From the NCBI GenBank assembly GCA_004431415.1, contig QPMI01000037.1, forward strand, positions 1 through 30,756: a DNA stretch of 30,756 nt, read 5' to 3'. The notes below the pieces were generated by a model. That model was given only the letters and a program-made list of their open reading frames with translations. It ran no database searches and had not been told where the DNA came from. The first letter of the stretch is position 1. The number at the start of each line of letters is the position of its first letter. Source of the DNA: Cyanophora paradoxa CCMP329 (Eukaryota; Plantae; Glaucophyta). Both the position numbers and the translations under genes were made by a program. Of the stretch, positions 29,694 through 30,756 are shown in pieces.

Positions 29694-30756
29694 ATGGATA
29701 TCACTTCCACTCTTCAAAGACTTTCGCTGAAAGAAGCCTAACAACCCCAGAAGGCGAAAGCCTTTTTCTGGATAACTCCCTTATGCTTGGTCTCGAATCC
29801 AAGTCTAAGCCAGTTCTAGTTGTTGTGAATCCCAGCAATACTTTTGAGAATAATGTAGGAAATCGCATTTCCTTCAAGCTACCTCGCTACAATTTCTGTG
29901 GAAAACTCGAACTTGCTTTCGACCTACCAGAAATCACTTTTGCTGGTGAAGATCTAGTTCGCAATGGATACACTCGCCCAGTTGGTGCTTTAGTTCAGCG
30001 ACTTGAAATTACCTATGGATCTTACACCTACCACATTCCTTCTGATTTCCTTGCTCATTTCCCCCTGGTCTATTATTCGGAGGATCAACTAGCTAAAAAG
30101 AAACGCTCAATGGGCATGGTTCATGGATCCCTGCTCATGGAACAACCGACTTGGTGGCTCATTTTTCGTTGAAATCCAGTGCTTGGCTAAATCACTACCT
30201 TCCCCTTGGTGCTTTATCTGGTGAAATGGTTGTTACTGTTTGGTTTAAGGATGCTGGAAAGGGTTATGTTGAAACTTCCTATGGTGGTCGCTCTCTCCCT
30301 GTTGTTGGTGGGACCAGCTGCTGATAAGACAGAAGATGATGGTCTTGGTGATACTGCTAATGCTAACACTTGCCCATGTTGGTCAAAACATCACACTTTC
30401 AGTCTTGGTGCAACAACCCCGCTATTTCAATTACTTCTCCTCGCCTTTACATGCATGCTATTAATGTTTCTGATGAGCTTTTCGCTACTGTAATTGAAAA
30501 AGTAAAGACACTGGCATGGCTATTCCCTCCCTTGATATTGGATTTGTAGATGCCATTGCTTTCCCTGCCAAGGGCAATGCCAGCCCAATCGAATTAACCT
30601 CTCTCAAATCTCAGGTCTTGTCTATGCTCTGCTTGTTTCAGTTCGTGATTATGAGACTGTTGACAAATCCAATGGCTCCCATAGTGTTTCTTAAGACCTA
30701 TGCCAACTCCAAAGAGATAACATTCACAACTGAAATAAATGGACAGCGACTTTTTG
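29694..30756 (+). CDS. Major capsid protein (double jelly-roll, NCLDV-like), 5' part; frameshifted; runs off the window
   Basis: ATG at 29694. SLTTPEGESLF, VGNRISFKLPR...KLELAFDLPEI, VGALVQRLEITYG, YLPLGALSGEMVVTVWF, RLYMHAINVSDE and EINGQRLF parallel the NCLDV MCP motifs (LT..P....F; G....I.R; L...LP; G..LI..VE..IG; LPL.AL; L....I.L...E; L..NG..RF). Confidence 0.75.

Larger units (their letters stand above)
16171..30756. mobile_element. Endogenous dsDNA virus (Polinton-like virus or small NCLDV-related element): left end and structural module; continues beyond the window
   Basis: Abrupt GC-to-AT shift and dense intronless genes. It has an NCLDV-like major capsid protein, two penton-like genes, fibre proteins and a lipase. 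No polymerase, packaging ATPase or integrase lies within the window. Confidence 0.85.

Overview
The window has two compositionally distinct halves that meet sharply at 16170/16171. The left half (1-16170) is GC- and CpG-rich eukaryotic, probably protist, DNA with short GT-AG introns. It carries four paralogs of an unrecognised gene whose N-termini copy the histone H3 tail. One copy has a K9M-type substitution (AKVKERAR-M-STGGKAPRK). It also holds a Ulp1/SENP-like protease, an LRR-like ORF, a degenerate DEDD/WRN-type exonuclease-like ORF, a tRNA-like element and a 103-bp tandem array. The right half (16171 to the window end) is an AT-rich, gene-dense, intronless endogenous DNA virus: Polinton-like, or a small NCLDV relative. 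It begins with a 284-bp inverted-repeat module and a putative iteron origin. It encodes a pyruvoyl-type AdoMet decarboxylase, a Zn-ribbon protein, two paralogous fibre-like proteins, a ~2,000-aa fibre with an S74 chaperone, a patatin-discoidin fusion, two divergent penton (minor capsid) genes and the start of an NCLDV-like major capsid gene. Many genes are broken by single-base deletions in short homopolymers, which look more like long-read errors than decay. All family assignments come from motif recognition by eye; no searches were run.
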